Shown here in pieces: positions 35,130 to 37,866 of a stretch of DNA of 37,866 bases. The DNA comes from Octopus bimaculoides (taxonomy: Eukaryota), in contig NC_068991.1 of the NCBI RefSeq assembly GCF_001194135.2, positions 57,275,858-57,313,723 on the forward strand, read 5' to 3'. Both the position numbers and the translations under genes were made by a program. The number at the start of each line of letters is the position of its first letter. Positions within the stretch are counted from its first letter, which is position 1. Below the pieces are notes generated by a model. The model saw only the letters and a program-made list of their open reading frames with translations. It made no database searches and was not told the origin of the DNA.

Positions 35130-36110
35130 AGATTTTGTAATAGGAACGGCGAATGTGAGTGGCTACATACCAAACTTCACCAAAGTGAAAAATAAGTGAA
35201 GCATGTTAACGGACCACTGACATACACATTACTGTCTCCTGATCAAATGATCAGAAATTAACTGCAATAATAGATTGTCTGAGTAATTTCATAAGAGGCG
35301 ATTTATATATATTAAATTACCTTTCAGAAAACAGTCACTGAAAAATCCTTAATAGTGCCATTCGATGTTAGGAAACGTTATTAAAATAGCCTCACGGGTA
35401 AGGAATTGAGGCCATTAAAATCTGGTTGGATAATTATGCAAATAAAAAAATTATAACAGGACTAAAATTTATTCTAGAAAATATTTACTTCATGTTCAAT
35501 GACAAACATTTTCAATAAAATAACAGTAACTGCGATAAGGAAGAAAGTAGTTCTCTCCTAAGCGAATCTAGAGTTATCTACAGACTATGATATAACAAAA
35601 GTCAATACAAAATATAGAAACTATTTCTTTAAATATATGCAAGAAAACGAGAAACGTCGCTTCGATGATTGCTTTATTCTATGGAATTAAAGTATAGAGA
35701 AATTAAAAGAACTGGAAACACTTCTGAATGGAATTTACAAAAGCATCGAATTTATCGGGAAATATAGCCAAGACCAACTCTCATTTTTTAATATCAATAA
35801 AAAAGTCACTAACTAAATAGAGACGGTTATTTAGTATAAAGCTATGAACTCGAAATAAAATCTACAATTCAGTCCGTGCCATCTGAGCCACAACAGAATA
35901 AATTTCCCATATAACATTACCAAAAAGGATCTACACGATTGTATCAAGTAAATACACACGTGATATAAAACTTCAAGAACTAAACTACACACTTCTTCAC
36001 AGGAATTATCCTCTATCCTTAAATGATAACAGAATACAACAAGCCAAGAAACTTTGTGTCTAGGAACTAAGATAAACATGCAAAGAAAACTAATAAATAA
36101 ATAAAAAATC
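35130..36110 (+). pseudogene. Decayed Penelope-like element reverse transcriptase
   Basis: Frameshifted segments: SLIVPFDV; EAIKIWL; LKFILENIYFMFNDKHFQ; TAIRKKVVLS*ANL (GTAMG...YANL-like); KRRFDDCFILWN*SIEKLKELETLLNGIYKSIEF (RFDD at 35658-35669, the YLDD equivalent); LQFSPCHLSHNRINFPYN; RDIKLQELNYTLLHRNYP. Confidence 0.85.
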
Positions 36111-36297
36111 TCTTTTTGTTTTTTAATATATACATTCACGTGCGCACACATACGCACTCACGCAGGCATTTAGCTATATAATGAAAACTTTTAGAATACA
36201 GGCAGCTCTCTCTCTCTCTCTGTCTATCTCTCTCTGTCTATCTCTTTGTGTCTATCTCTCATACATTTGTATATGTATATATATATATGTGTGCACT

Positions 36298-36620
36298 TTA
36301 TTTGTGTCTTAGACAAGATTGCCTTTGGTTTCATGCCAATAGAAATTAAAAAAGAAAAAATGAAGTCTGATGCATGGAACGTTGGTACTCGACTAATATA
36401 TATTGGATGAGAATACACAAGGCTACACGTGACTATACGGGAGTCTGGGATCTGTAGATGTGTTCATCCCAAATCTCATGCAGTCTCGTGTAGCCTCATG
36501 TATTCTCACCCAAGACAGAAACGAGTACCAACGTTCTATGTGGCAAGCGTGATAATTGTGAAGAGATTTTTCTCAGCATGAAATTAATGGTGGCCTTGTT
36601 AACTTAAGAATAAAAAATAT
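36298..36620. mobile_element. Fold-back / MITE-like inverted repeat (core 36373-36540, 14-nt loop)
   Basis: catggaacgttggtactcg...gatgagaatacacaaggctacacgtgact...tgggat pairs with atccca...agtctcgtgtagcctcatgtattctcac...cgagtaccaacgttctatg. Weaker pairing continues outward. Confidence 0.85.
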
Positions 36621-37236
36621 TTCTCCACCATTACGGTGTTGAACACTGACTCTCACAGTTAGATATTAGCGCGCGCGCTAGTGTATGAGTATATTTATAT
36701 ACATATATATATATATATANNNNNNNNNNNNNNNNNNNNNNNNNNNNNNNNNNNNNNNNNNNNNNNNNNNNNNNNNNNNNNNNNNNNNNNNNNNNNNNNN
36801 NNNNNNNNNNNNNNNNNNNNNNNNNNNNNNNNNNNNNNNNNNNNNNNNNNNNNNNNNNNNNNNNNNNNNNNNNNNNNNNNNNNNNNNNNNNNNNNNNNNN
36901 NNNNNNNNNNNNNNNNNNNNNNNNNNNNNNNNNNNNNNNNNNNNNNNNNNNNNNNNNNNNNNNNNNNNNNNNNNNNNNNNNNNNNNNNNNNNNNNNNNNN
37001 NNNNNNNNNNNNNNNNNNNNNNNNNNNNNNNNNNNNNNNNNNNNNNNNNNNNNNNNNNNNNNNNNNNNNNNNNNNNNNNNNNNNNNNNNNNNNNNNNNNN
37101 NNNNNNNNNNNNNNNNNNNNNNNNNNNNNNNNNNNNNNNNNNNNNNNNNNNNNNNNNNNNNNNNNNNNNNNNNNNNNNNNNNNNNNNNNNNNNNNNNNNN
37201 NNNNNNNNNNNNNNNNNTATGTGTGTGTGTGTGTGT

Positions 37237-37296
<60 letters not shown>

Positions 37297-37744
37297 GTGT
37301 GTATATATATTATTCAACATTTGAAAACAAAAATCTAACGTGAAGAAACGAAATGTCTTAGTAAAAGACATTCTTCTTTACCAAATTTTACTTAAAGGTA
37401 ATAGAATTCCTGTTGTCAGAGAAACATTGCAATGTTTGCGAAGTGAAAAGAAAAATCTATTGCTGCATGCAAACAACTCATCAATTTTAATAAATTCAGG
37501 AATTCCACAATGCGAACTCATACCCTTATACATACGTGCATGAAAATATCTCTATATAATATACACTTGTATACATACGTACATACATACATACATACAT
37601 ACATACATACATACGTACATACGTGCGTTCGTACGTACGTACGTACGGACATACATACATAGTGTATATGAATATATACAAATATAGATATTCATCTACC
37701 TATCTAAATGTATATATATGTGTGTGTGTGAGTGAGTGTGTTTG

Positions 37745-37767
37745 TGTGTGAATTATTATTATTATTA

Positions 37768-37830
<63 letters not shown>
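37745..37830. repeat. (ATT)n microsatellite
   Basis: Read directly from the sequence. Confidence 0.97.
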
Positions 37831-37834
<4 letters not shown>

Positions 37835-37866
37835 TTAAACAGTTTTATTCGTTTGTGTGTGTGTAT

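Larger units (their letters stand above)
9294..37217. other. Twelve assembly gaps (N runs): 9294-9303, 11661-12057, 16720-17382, 17893-18661, 19830-19839, 24820-25387, 26204-26587, 28960-29059, 29261-29270, 29853-30323, 34272-34591, 36720-37217
   Basis: Read directly. Most gaps abut microsatellites, as expected for a short-read scaffold. Confidence 0.98.

Noticed and set aside
35098-35154. 57-nt AG/GT-bounded segment translating to SSSSLNGVYCRFCNRNGE, reminiscent of a nanos CxxC-xx-NGE zinc finger
   Set aside because: It overlaps the start of the decayed Penelope RT (an LPKIHK-like stretch follows immediately). The rest of the nanos CCHC motif is absent, so a chance match is more likely.
1-37866. 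Long ORFs in the supplied track (poly-HT, -CV, -N, -L, -I, -Y and X-runs)
   Set aside because: They are translations of (CA)n, (TA)n, (AAT)n and (GAA)n microsatellites, SINE bodies or N gaps, with no real coding signal.

Overview
AT-rich, gap-riddled eukaryotic DNA, dense in microsatellites and retroposons. I recognise the SINE families as octopus (coleoid cephalopod) type; this is recognition from memory, not a database result. The window looks intronic or intergenic. No intact protein-coding ORF is supportable, and almost the whole ORF track comes from microsatellites and N gaps. Identifiable content: about 25 copies of three tRNA-derived SINE families (A, B, C); decayed fragments of an RTE LINE; three pieces of an R4/Dong-type (restriction-like endonuclease) LINE; a Penelope-like RT; and a mariner transposase split by a SINE. 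There are also two long fold-back (MITE-like) elements, a CA-rich minisatellite, a ~205-bp local duplication carrying a candidate 63-nt exon, and a GC-box/CCAAT-rich promoter-like island at ~8.5-8.9 kb with a possible minus-strand first coding exon. The most notable signal is four minimal type I hammerhead ribozyme motifs from three Penelope-type families. Two of them share a non-canonical CUGUUGA core. There is also evidence for sequence-targeted retroposition (microsatellite targeting and SINE-into-SINE junctions at one fixed site) and for a SINE/LINE pair sharing a 3' tail.
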